Origin: Mobula hypostoma
Lineage: Eukaryota
Reading direction: 5' to 3'
Length of the DNA stretch: 64,000 bases
Assembly (NCBI RefSeq): GCF_963921235.1
Contig: NC_086107.1
Span: 115,322,001-115,386,000 of the forward strand
In this document: piece by piece, positions 25,119 to 35,725 of the stretch
How positions within the stretch are numbered: position 1 is the stretch's first letter
Layout: each line of letters opens with the position of its first letter
Translations under genes and position numbers: made by a program
The notes under the pieces: model-generated
Told to the model about the DNA's origin: nothing
Database searches by the model: none
The model's input: only the letters and a program-made list of their open reading frames with translations

Positions 25119-27059
25119 CCATGTCCCCTTGGATCCCATGCCTCCTTACTTTCTCACTAAGCCTTGCATGGGGTACCTTATCAAATGCCTTGCTGAAATC
25201 CATATACACTACATCTACTGCTCTAACTTCATCAATGTGTTTAGTCACATGCTCAAAAATTTCAACCAGGCTCGTAAGGCATGACCTGCCCTTGACAAAG
25301 CTATGCTGACTGTTCCTAATTATATTATGCTTCTCCAAATGTTCATAAATCCTGCCTCTCAGGATCTTCTCCATCAACTTACCAACCACTGAAGTAAGAC
25401 TCACTGGTCTATAATTTCCCGGGCTATCTCTACTCCCTTTCTTGAATAAAGGAGCAACATCCGCAACCCTCCAATCCTCCAGAACCTTTCCCGTCCCCAT
25501 TGATGATGCAAAGATAATCGCCAGAGGCTCAGCAATCTCCCCCCCTCACCTCATACGGTAGCCTGGGGTACATGTCGTCCGGTTCTGGTGACTTATCTAA
25601 CTTAAGGTGATAGAGAAAGGACGCGCTCAGACCAGTGGTTTGAGAAGTGTCTATTTTAATACAAGGAATGTTATGAACAAAGCGGATGAGCTTAGAGCGT
25701 GGATCAGTACTTGGAGCTATGATGTTGTGGCCATTCCAGAGACTTGGATGGCTCAGGGGCAGGAATGGTTACTTAGAGTGCTAGGCTTTAGAAGTTTCAG
25801 AAAGGACAGGGAGGTGGGTAATACAGGTGGGGGCGTGGCACTGCCTATCAGAGATAGTGTCACAGCTGCAGAGAAGGTGGAAGTCATGGAGGAACTGTCT
25901 ACTGAGTCTCCGTGGGTGGAAGTTCGAAACAGGAAGGGGTCAATAACTCTACTGGATGTTTTTTATAGACCACCCAACAGTAACAGGGACATCGAGGAGC
26001 AGACAGGAAGGCAGATTCTGGAATGGTGCAATAATAACAGGGTTGTTGTGATGGGGGATTTTAATTCCCTCGATATTGATTGGCATCTCCCTCGAGCAAA
26101 GGGTTTAGATGGGGTAGAGTTTGGTAGGTGTGTTCAGAAAGATTTTCTGACACAATATGTAGATAAGCCTACAAGAGGAAAGGCTGTACTTGATCTGGTA
26201 TTGGGAAATGAACCTGGTCAGGAGAGCATTTTGGAGATAGTGATCACATTTCTATCTCCTTTACCATAGCATTGGAGAGGGATAGGAGCAGACAAGTTAG
26301 GAAAGCGTTTAATTGGAGTAAAGGGAAATATGAAGCTATCAGGCAGGAACTTGGGGAGCAGATGTTCTCAGGGAAATGTACAGCAGAAATGTGGCAAATG
26401 TTCTGGGGATATTCGCCTGGCATTCTGTATAGGTACGTTCCAATGAGACGGCGAAAGGAGTAGAGTACAGGAACCAGGGTGTACAAAATCTAGTCATGAA
26501 GAAAAGAAAAGCTTACGAATGGTTGAAAAAACTAGGTGATGATAGAGATCTAGAAGATTATAAAGCTAGTAGGAAGGAGCCTAGGAATGAAATTTGGAGA
26601 GCCAGAAGGGGCCATGAGAAGGCCTTGGAGAGCAGGATTAAGGAAAACTCCAAGGCGTTCTACAAGTAAGTGAAGAGCAAGAGGATAAGATGTGAGAAAA
26701 TAGGACCAATCAAGATTGACAGTGGAGAAGTGTGTATGGAACCGCAGGAGGTAGCGGAGGTACTTAATTAATACTTTGCTCTAGTATTCACTACAGAAAA
26801 GGACCTTGGCGATTATAATGATGATTTAAAGCGGACTGAACAGCTTGAGCATGTAGATATTAAAAAAGAGGATGTGCTGGATCTTTTGGAAAGCATCAAG
26901 TTGGATAAGTCACCAAGACCAGACGAGATATACCCCAGGCTACTGTGGGAGGGGAAGGAGGAGATTTATGAGCCTCCGGCAAAATGATCTTTGGATCATC
27001 AATGGGGAATGGAGAGGTTCCGGAGGATTGGAGGGTTGCTGATGTACAACAAACATTGA

Positions 27060-27062
<3 letters not shown>

Positions 27063-27125
<63 letters not shown>
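27063..27125. repeat. (CT)n(CA)n microsatellite
   Basis: Direct inspection. Confidence 0.95.
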
Positions 27126-29332
27126 GTGCTTATTTCCTACACATACATCTCTGAATGTCCTATCCCTGTGAGAATCCTCCCATGGTTCTGTCGGAAACAT
27201 GTTAGCCTGTATCTGGGATATACAGTTGTTGGGAAGGAGGGTAGGGGAATGATAGCCAGTTTATTCTTGTCATTTTTACTGAGCCATTGTGTGAAGCTTT
27301 TATTCGCGTCCTACCCAGGCAGATCATTCTGGTCGTACAGAGCAGTACAATTAATAAAACAATTTACAGTACCATTGTTACAGTTACAGAAAATGCCAAA
27401 CCCAGCAATGGAACACCTCGGCCCACGTTTTGCACCACCATGTACCTGTATCGTGAATGTCGAGGAAGGGCAGATAAGAAGTTCAGCCAGTACAGCGAAC
27501 TGGATAACGATGAAGACTTTCCGGAATACAGAACCTAAAGGATGAATGCTCTAAAATGCCGAGAAAAGTGGCGACACGACATACGTCTGAAAGCAGGATG
27601 AACGAAAATCCCAGAGCAACAGTTTCGGATGAGTACTGCAACCAGGTGAAGGGTATGGCTGTTGTCGAATTGAAGGGGAAATCTGTTGAGTCGATGAGGT
27701 TTCAAGTGGAGAAGGGCAGCAACGGATCGGAAGTGCGGGTACTTTGGTTTCGGATGGAAATGATGGCGTGAATAGACATCACTTTCCATAGGAGAGATTT
27801 GAGACCAAGAGGATGGAGGAGTCCATCGGCTAACGGTGAGAATTTGGCGGTTCAAACGCGGACCACGAGGTGGGAATCGGATCTGCTACGATTAATATTG
27901 TGACGCGTAGACCGACACGTCAAAGGGCAGGGCAAAGGAGGGTGCAATCCTCTCGGGGCAACTGCTGAGCAGATGGAGAAAAAGGAATAGTATGGACGTG
28001 GTGGGCCAAGAGGCGCGATTCACTGCTCTACTATTCTGCGTCGCCAGAACTCTAGTTATTATCTGTATTTGTGCTGTTTATAGAAACATAGAAATCCTAC
28101 AGCACAATACAGGCTCTTCGGCCCACAAAGCTGTGCCAGACATGTCCTTACCTGCGAAATTACCCAGGGTTACCCACAGCCCTCTATTTTTCTAAGCTCC
28201 ATGTACTACTTCACACACAGTTCTTTCAAATCTTTGACCAATTCGCTCCCATGACATTAACCGACCTATCAATTATCATGAGCAGCAGTCCCCCTCGACG
28301 TCTGGTGACTTTTCGAGGATGTGAGGCAAATCCTGATCTTTGGACCGAATGGGGATGAGAATTCAGTTGAAAAGGTGCAATTGCTGCATCGCCACAAGAC
28401 CTGGACTCGGAGCATAAATATCTCCTCCACGTGGTTTGCTGTTACTGAAGGAAGAGATGCTTGAGAAAGTACCGTTCTTCTGCGTCCGCATCAGATTCAA
28501 GAAGATGACAGTGTTACAGAAAGGCAGGGTGAGAAATTGATTCCCTCCAACACATTGTATAGACGGGCAGCTTTGCCTCTCTGCTGAATGACGACCATTA
28601 TGTTTTCGTACCCGTGACTGATCTATCTATACACAGAGGTGAATGGAGGGATATGGTCCGTGTGCAGGTCAGTGGGACTGGGCAGAAAATGGTTCGGCAC
28701 AGCCAAGAAGGGCCAAAAGGCCTGTTTCTGTGCTGTAGTTTTTCTATGGTTTCTATCTGTGAAGTTGAAAATTATCACATTTTGCACGGTTTCCTCTCTG
28801 AAAAGATTTAAGTTGATAGTTTGTTCCTCGCCAAAACCAAGGGAAGAAATGTGTTCCGAATCTGGATGGAGTGCCATGATTTGTCTGTGCCCGTTTCTCG
28901 GTGGGATGCTGAGCTGAAATAATCTCTGGACTCAGTCAAAAATGGAAAGCGTTATCTACAAATCAGTGGATGATTTTATATCCCGTTAACAACGCAAAAC
29001 TGCAGTGGAGTCTGCCAGACGCAAATCGATGATAAAAATCAAGCCATTAATGAGATTGCGGACGTCTTTGATGTTAGGGCAAAAGGAGTCGGTGGGCAGA
29101 AATAGCAGGATATTAACCGGGTTATTCCACTGCACCATTGAAAGGTCCGCAGTGCCACATACATAGGGTGTCTTATGTTCAGATATATATTGTGAAGGAA
29201 ACGCTGTTTCTGGAAGCAAGAGGTAAGTAAGATGAATATTTAGGCTTTGTCTTAAATTTGATAGATAAATCATAATAAATTGACCAACTGAGATGGAAAA
29301 TTGGAAGGCATCCAGATGACGTCTTATACTGG

Positions 29333-29822
29333 TGTAATGTCCTGGTTCACATCTTTACTGTTATGCTGTAGGTATTTCATTTAGCAGTTCTGTAAGAACA
29401 GTCTGTACTGCTTTCATCCTGTTTGGGCTGTTGTTGAAGATAAGGGATGATGAGGAATGAGTAGCATCCAATTAGGATGCTGGAACTGGGAGGAGTTTTT
29501 CTGGTGAGTGTCACCAAGGTTGGTCTTGGGTTTTTTTGTTCGGTGGGAGATGAAGAGAGAAAATGCTGAGGAGAACAGGTCGTAGGACTCGACCCAGTGC
29601 GGAACCGTGATTCGACGAAGCCAGGGGCCAAGATCGATTGAGGATCGGTGATTATGATGAAACGCTGAGCTCCAGCTTGTGCACATCTGACTGTTTAATT
29701 AGAATGGGCCCCTTTATTTTTGCTTTTCTTTACTAACCCTTTAGTTAAGTTAAGATTCGTAAATATAATTGCTTTAATCGTATGCCGTGTACTTTGTTAT
29801 TTCGTGGCACAAATTTGTAACA
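29333..29822 (+). mobile_element. LTR-like element
   Basis: TGTAAT...TAACA ends; homologous inverted copy at about 690-1075. Confidence 0.55.
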
Positions 29823-30309
29823 GATGACCAATTTTTCCCCTTGCGATCGTTTATCTCCGAATGAAATTTCAATTTTGATGGCCTTCCACTTTCCAAGTAC
29901 CCTTGAACTGAATCTCCCGACCCAGGTGCACGATAAGTCTTCCTAACAACCGAAGTATCTTGGTTATGAGGTTTAAAGAATCTATGGACGTGTACTCAAA
30001 GAGCCCTCTGCTGTGAATCCTATCGCTGACCCTGTATTCTGCCTTCACATTCGACCTTCAGAAGTCAAACATTATTTCACTCCATTTGCGGTTCTCAGCC
30101 CAGCGCTGCGTCTCGTCAATGTCCCGTTGTAATCAACGACAACCTTCCAAGCTATCCACAGCAGCAACAACCTTCTTACCATCTGCAAACATACTAACCC
30201 AAACATGAAACTAGGTTGACTTTGGCTTATTTGGTCATGTGCATTCCAGTTCTTTGAAACCATATTCTTAATAATGGGCTCACAACCACTGAAATCAGGC
30301 TAACTAGAC

Positions 30310-31054
30310 TGTAACGCGCACAAAATGCTGGAGGGACTCGGCAGTATGAACAGGACGATGTTTATTAAGAATACCAGAGAAGTCAAGGAGCGAGGACAAG
30401 ATAACAACATGGACGTAGACGTAGGATACAACCTGGGCTAGGACTTGGGACTTCGACCTGACTGGGAACTCGGTCATGACTCGGAACTCGGGTCTTGGCT
30501 TGACCAAGAACTCGGGCTTAAGCTCAGACTCAGACTTGACTAGACTTTGACTCATCTTGGACACAGAGCAGGAACCCTTCTTAGACACAGAACACAAAAC
30601 CAGGACTCTCCTTGGACACAGGACACAGAGCCGGGACTCTCCTTGGACACAGGACACAGAGCCGGGACTCTCCTTGGACACAGGACACAGAGCCGGGACT
30701 CTCCTTGGACACAGGACACAAAGGCAACCTAGAGTCCACGATACTCAGTAGCTGCAATAATGGTCGAGACTTACCACACTGGCTGAGGTTACGTGTTTCT
30801 GGTAACGAGTTACTTGGTGTGGGGTTCTGATGCCGAGCTTCTTGGTGTGGGTTTCTAACGGGGATTCTAACGGGAACGGTCCAGCAAAGGAATAGCTGGA
30901 CCCTGAGCTATTTATGTTGCAAGCCCGAAATGCGGATCAGCTTCCTCAATTAAGGCGCCCACAGGAACAAGGGAAATCAGACACAACCGGAATACGGAGT
31001 ACACGGACTGGACCGTGAACCGGAATACGGATTTCACGGACCGGACCCGTGACA
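30310..31054. mobile_element. solo LTR, same family as 23518-24605, with a 31-bp tandem repeat x about 4 (30603-30720)
   Basis: TGTAACG...CGTGACA termini; the right about 45 bp is nearly identical to 24560-24605; unit gggactctccttggacacaggacacagagcc. Confidence 0.7.
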
Positions 31055-31457
31055 ACTAGCTATGTAGTTAAAAAAAAAGCAAACTAAGAAAGAAATTTCC
31101 CCTCTTCTCCCCTAAGGCTCTTGGGCCGAATCCTCAAGCTAACCACTCTAACAATGTCCACTCATAAAATAGACGCTCCGCTTAAGCTAACTTCTTTCTG
31201 TTGGACGTTGCCAAATGCCGAAGAAATCAGGAGGATTGAAGGCCGTCGAGATGTCCCGAATGCCCGTCCTTGTTATAAACCTAGCGCTGGTTCTACAGGA
31301 CTTGAACTTTACCCACCTAGCCCCTCTGGTGGTACAGATGACATGGAGCTGGCGGCAGATGGGGCTTTCGGCCCGGGCGTGATGCGTGGGAGATGAAGCG
31401 GTGAACGTGAGGAGCTGGGCCCGTCCTGGAGACACCGCGGCCACCACACGCCTGAAT

Positions 31458-32347
31458 TCATGGCGCGGCTTTATTAATGAAATGAAGAACTGAGGTGACC
31501 GGATACTTCACCGCGCTCTTCACCTGCTCCCTGAACTTGGACTGAGTCAGTGCGTAAACAAATGTGTTTGTGCAGCAGCTGAAATTCCTCAGCAAATACC
31601 CGACGTAGTGAAAGATCCATTCGGAATCATTGTCATCTGTCCCTGTGATCTGATAATAGATGAATTCTATAACCACTGTCATCCACAGGAAGATGAAGCT
31701 GACGGAGAGGGTGAAGAGTAAAACGACGGACCGTCTCCTGCTCTCCATCTCAGGGTCACTGCGGTTCTCCCTCTTGGTATGAACTCTCAGCCCCTCACGG
31801 ACCCGGCTGGCCACTATAATGTGCCTGACTGTCAGAACGTTGAACAGCAAAATTGCAGCGAAGGGGAGGAACGGAGTTAAAACTGTATCAAACCAGTCAA
31901 ATTTCACCCAGCCGGGGTCAGTGAAATAACTTTCCACCGTTGCACAGAACCACGGTACGTTGTTGATTATCTCTCTGGGTTCTCGGGGAACGTTTTTCAG
32001 ACAGCATAGAACGACAGTTGTTGTTAGAACCGCAGCCGCAGTTTTCCCGGTGCAATATTTCATTTTCAGTCTCCAGCAGCAAATGGCGATAAAGCGATCA
32101 AAGGTGAAAGTGCCGGTGAACCAGACGGAACAGTCCATGGCTGTGAACCTCAGCACGTCGGGAAAACTGCACACAGGGGTGATCTCCAGGAAAGTCCCCG
32201 GAAAATAATGAGAAGTGACCCGATGCAAAATGATTTCGGTGACAATGGTCAGTAGATCCGCCGCTGCCGTGGCCACCAGGTAGCGAGTGGTGTAGGTGGA
32301 GAGGCCGCACTTCCCCCGGGACAAGATCACAACCGCCGCTATGTTCA
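31458..32347 (-). pseudogene. GPR139-like GPCR gene 3, exon 2 (open frame; gene has a nonsense codon in exon 1)
   Basis: Acceptor ctcttcAG at 32349-32348; 7TM paralog of 12571-13544 with DRF, DPEMESRRRSVVLL and CTNTFVY; 4-aa deletion after TM4 (KNVPREP vs KNAPFYFTYEP). Confidence 0.8.
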
Positions 32348-32519
32348 CTGAAGAGAGAGGCGAGAACACATTCACGGGTGTGAAGGCACGCTCGGGTTTC
32401 CTGTGAAGAGCTCCTTTTGGAGTCGGTGAGTGGCTACAAATACATTATTAGACACGGGTGGAAACGTGTCCAAGGTGCCTTAGGGGTGAAGAAATTTTTT
32501 TAAAATTACTTATACATTG

Positions 32520-32800
32520 GTTTAGAGATACAGCGTGGAACAGGCCCTTCTGCTTCAATGAATCGCACCGCCCAGCAACACATCAATTTAACCCTACCCT
32601 ATTCACAGGACAGTTCACCGTGACGAGTTAGTCTCCTAACCGGTACGGTCTATGGACTGTGGGAGGAAACTGGAGCAACTAGTGAAACCCACGCTCTCCT
32701 GAGGAAGACCTACTAACTTCTCACCGAGGACATCGGGGTTGAACTCCGAACGCCGGTGCCCCGAGCTATAACAGTGTGGCACTGCCCTCTACGCTGCCAA
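32520..32800 (-). mobile_element. V-SINE-like fragment in the GPCR gene 3 intron
   Basis: Reverse complement gcgtgggtttc...gctccagtttcctcccacagtcc matches the V-domain motif; ends approximate. Confidence 0.5.
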
Positions 32801-33381
32801 TACGGTGATGGGTGGTGAAAGGGCCGGGTAAATCGAGCTGCAATGAGTAACCTTGGACGGAATCGTTCTTTCGGTGCGAATCCTAATTGCGGATGGCAGG
32901 GGCAACTGGGAACCAGCGACAGAGTGGCTCCGTTAATGGATTTATTCCACCGTGGAGTTCAATTCAGTAGCAGACGCCAGCAGTTCCCTGGTTCAGATGA
33001 TCGGACCAACAAACAGCGGAATGACACCGTGACAGACCCCGCAGTGCGAGGTGTTCACGGGACCAGGTGATCGCTCTGATAAATAACTCATAAGCAGTCA
33101 CCTCAGAATGTAGAACCCTCCCAGTCACACTTTATTGGAGAGACGCCGGTCTCCAACACTGGAACTACTGTGGACAACGTGCAGCTAAGTCGGTGGATTG
33201 TAGTGAATTACATGTTGGAACAAAAGTAGTTTATTTTCCGTTGTTTGAAAATGAGAAAACTCAGGGTTAATTTAGCAGAGACAATCCGTCTCACTTTTTG
33301 ATTGCATAACGATCACCAATTGGGAATCCTGTGGCATCATTAAAACTACATCAAAGCTGGTTAGAACGCATAGGTACTAAT

Positions 33382-33560
33382 CACAAAATGCTGGAGGAAC
33401 TCAGCAGTCCAGGCAGCATCTAGGAAAAGATTGCCGAAGGGTTTCGACGCCAAACGCCCACTGTACTTTTTTTTCCGAGATACTGCCTGGCCTGCTGATT
33501 TCCTCCAGCATTTTGTGTGTCTTGCTCGGATTCCCAGCATCTACAGATCTTCTCCTGTTT
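33382..33560. repeat. palindromic Penelope-derived element (47-bp inverted arms) in intron
   Basis: 33382-33428 versus 33471-33517: 43/47 complementary. Confidence 0.75.
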
Positions 33561-33599
33561 ATGATTAGATAGTAATCATGAACTGCTCTGCTCACTTAC

Positions 33600-33666
33600 C
33601 AGGAGCTCCAATGGCGGCAGTGATTGACTACAATATTTTCTCTACGCTGATATATCCTTCAAGCAT
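33600..33666 (-). pseudogene. GPR139-like GPCR gene 3, exon 1 (MLEGYISVEKIL*SITAAIGAP) with premature TAG
   Basis: ATG at 33666, donor G|gtaagt at 33599, same 67-nt length as gene 2 exon 1; TAG at 33630-33628 where the paralog has TAC. Confidence 0.85.
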
Positions 33667-33744
33667 TTTCTCTGCCCGGCGATGCGTCCCCCTCTGCTAC
33701 GGACGATCTGTCGGAATAAATTTTGAGTGAGAACGATCCTGGGG

Positions 33745-33967
33745 TTTTATACCATTTAACGATCTCCACAGGGACAGATTTCAACAGAGCTAAAATATAT
33801 AAAACAATAGAAACTAATTGTTTCAGTCAAATGAATACTCCGGGGGGACAGATTGTAATTAATTCGCTGAATTTATTATCAAACTCCAAACAATGGAAAT
33901 TGTGACAGTACTGAGAGATGTAAATTGGAAGCGACGCTCTTCCAGCAAAACGAATATTGTTTCAAAC
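33745..33967 (-). promoter_or_regulatory. proximal promoter of GPCR gene 3: TATA (33751-33745), GTCCCTGTGGAGATC (33775-33761), upstream conserved block
   Basis: Homologous to 11774-11997. Confidence 0.7.
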
Positions 33968-34523
33968 ACCAGCAGATCAACTTCTCCACCTCACGTTGTG
34001 CGTGTGATCACTACAATCTGCTTCATTCAGTGAGACATTCGCAAATGTCCGAAGGCTTCTCAGGGCTTATGCCTTCCGAGTTAGAAAGTGGACTGTGCGA
34101 TTCATAGGTTGAGTAATTAGCTTAACAGTCCGGAGGTACAACGGCCCGGCCACTCTGATTCTCCACTCACGATGAGCGCGGCTGTAACCTCGATCTCACT
34201 CTCGACATCAACAGCCGTTTTGCATGAAATATATCGAACTTAGTCCTGGATCGAAAACAAAATAAAATTCTCCGTCTTCATCACCATTAAAGGAATCATG
34301 CAGTGTGAAAAAGAAACGTTGCTGCCTTATAATTATTTCGCACCTCGATGGAACATGGTATACTGTACAAAGGATACAGAGCACATCAGACTACAAGGAA
34401 ACACAGGCAGATGACAGGGCAGAATTGTAGTCTGTGGTTGAGTCCAAGTGTAACATAGGGCCAAGATCGAAAAGGGCGATGAATATAGGACTGAGGGCGT
34501 TATATTTGAATGTACCTAGTATA

Positions 34524-34946
34524 TATGTTCTCCGTGGATTGTCACCTTGTGGCGGTGGAGAAGCTTGTGTGGTCCTGTGATCCCGAGAGCAATGCCGTCT
34601 GGAGCTATGCTCCTGGTAGGGTCACCCATGGCGGTAAGGTTGAGGGTGAGGTCCCTGACAAAGAACAATCCAGCCAAGACCTCAACGGTGGAACAGGCGG
34701 ATGAAGTTACTTCGAACTCAACGGCTGTGAAGGCGGATGAAGGCTGCAACAAATCCATCAGCTCCAATCGTCGGTGTTTCCGTGCCGTTGGAATCAGTTG
34801 GTTGGTTTGTGAAGTATCGTGTGCTTCTTGGAGTGCAACATCAAGTACACGTTAAACAAATACACGCACAGGCGTCTTCACTCTGTGGGCCGCTTCTTCG
34901 GAACGAAAACCATCACCCTCAACCTCGAGAGACAGCCACGGCGACG
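34524..34946 (+). mobile_element. non-autonomous RTE (BovB/Rex3-like) derived element with structured 5' region, inserted in a CR1 endonuclease remnant
   Basis: Motifs gcttgtgt, gagcaatgccgt, agggtcaccca and ctgacaaa resemble RTE 5'UTRs; imperfect TSD agtata/agtgta. Confidence 0.55.
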
Positions 34947-35252
34947 AGTGTACGCAAATCAGGTAGAAGAAGTTGTGTCGCAATTAAATACTGGCAGGTG
35001 TAATGTTGTTGGCATCACTGAGCTGTGGCTGAAAGATATCTGGGAGCTGAACATTCAAGGATACACATTGTATCGAAAGGACAGGCAGGTAGGCAGATGG
35101 CTGGGGTGGCTCTGTTGGTAAAAATAAAATCTAATCTCTGGAAAAAGGTGTCATTGGATCGGAGGATGTACAAGCCTAGTGCGTAGAATTAGGTAAATGT
35201 ATGGCAGGGTATGGAGGGCTATGGTCCCGGTACGGGACGATGACAGGCCATG

Positions 35253-35725
35253 ATCATGTTTCTGAATCAAAGTCGAACGAGATAATGCCCTGGAACAGGA
35301 GTGCCGGGTCAAAGGATCATTTCATTATTGATTATGATGGGAGTGCCGGTTCATTATTATCCTGAACTCCCCCTTTTTTTACGACTGGAGATTCGAAGTG
35401 ATATGTGGTAATCCGTTGAGCTGGAATACTACGGGAGATAAAAAAACGAAAGGAATGAGGGGTTGAAAGGTATAAAAGGCTATTCCTTTGTGTAAGGCGG
35501 AGCAGGGTCGAGACCCCCGCTTAAGATACAGACTGGCAGAGAGCAGGGAGACTGTTGGAACAAGCTGCTGGGCACTTGGAATTCTGCTTCGGCGTTGTAT
35601 CCGATCAGCTGATAATTATTTATTCCTCTGCATTTTATTGAAGTGGTTAATGTGCAGCTTTCATAAGTCTAATAAAGTAGTCTTATATCACTCAACAGTG
35701 TATAATGTCTCCTTTGTTTGTAAAA
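35253..35725 (+). mobile_element. possible solo LTR with TATA (35471-35477) and AATAAA (35671-35676); interrupted in later units
   Basis: U3-R-U5-like order of TATA and polyA signal; termini and TSD not established. Confidence 0.35.

Larger units (their letters stand above)
22566..25603 (-). mobile_element. CR1 LINE RT region plus 3' end, frameshifted, carrying two nested solo LTRs
   Basis: ORF fragments [48 protein letters not shown]; ttctat-type tail at the left end. Confidence 0.85.
22213..27046 (+). mobile_element. older CR1 LINE (ORF1 end, endonuclease, RT start) interrupted by an antisense CR1 at 22566-25603
   Basis: 22213-22565 encodes the esterase C-terminus; 25604-27046 continues with VYFNTRNV...ETW...YRPPNS...MGDFN endonuclease motifs. 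Confidence 0.7.

Noticed and set aside
22566..27046. Twin-priming 5' inversion of a single CR1
   Set aside because: The + segment at 25604-27046 continues the + CR1 broken at about 22565, and the overlapping about 150 bp differ at many sites; a nested insertion explains it better
27287..27538. Short ORF ending KKFSQYSELDNDEDFPEYRT, like a receptor tail with a YxxL motif
   Set aside because: No supported splice structure, transmembrane segment or recognisable homology
30603..30720. CRISPR-like array
   Set aside because: Head-to-tail 31-bp repeats without spacers, inside a eukaryotic LTR
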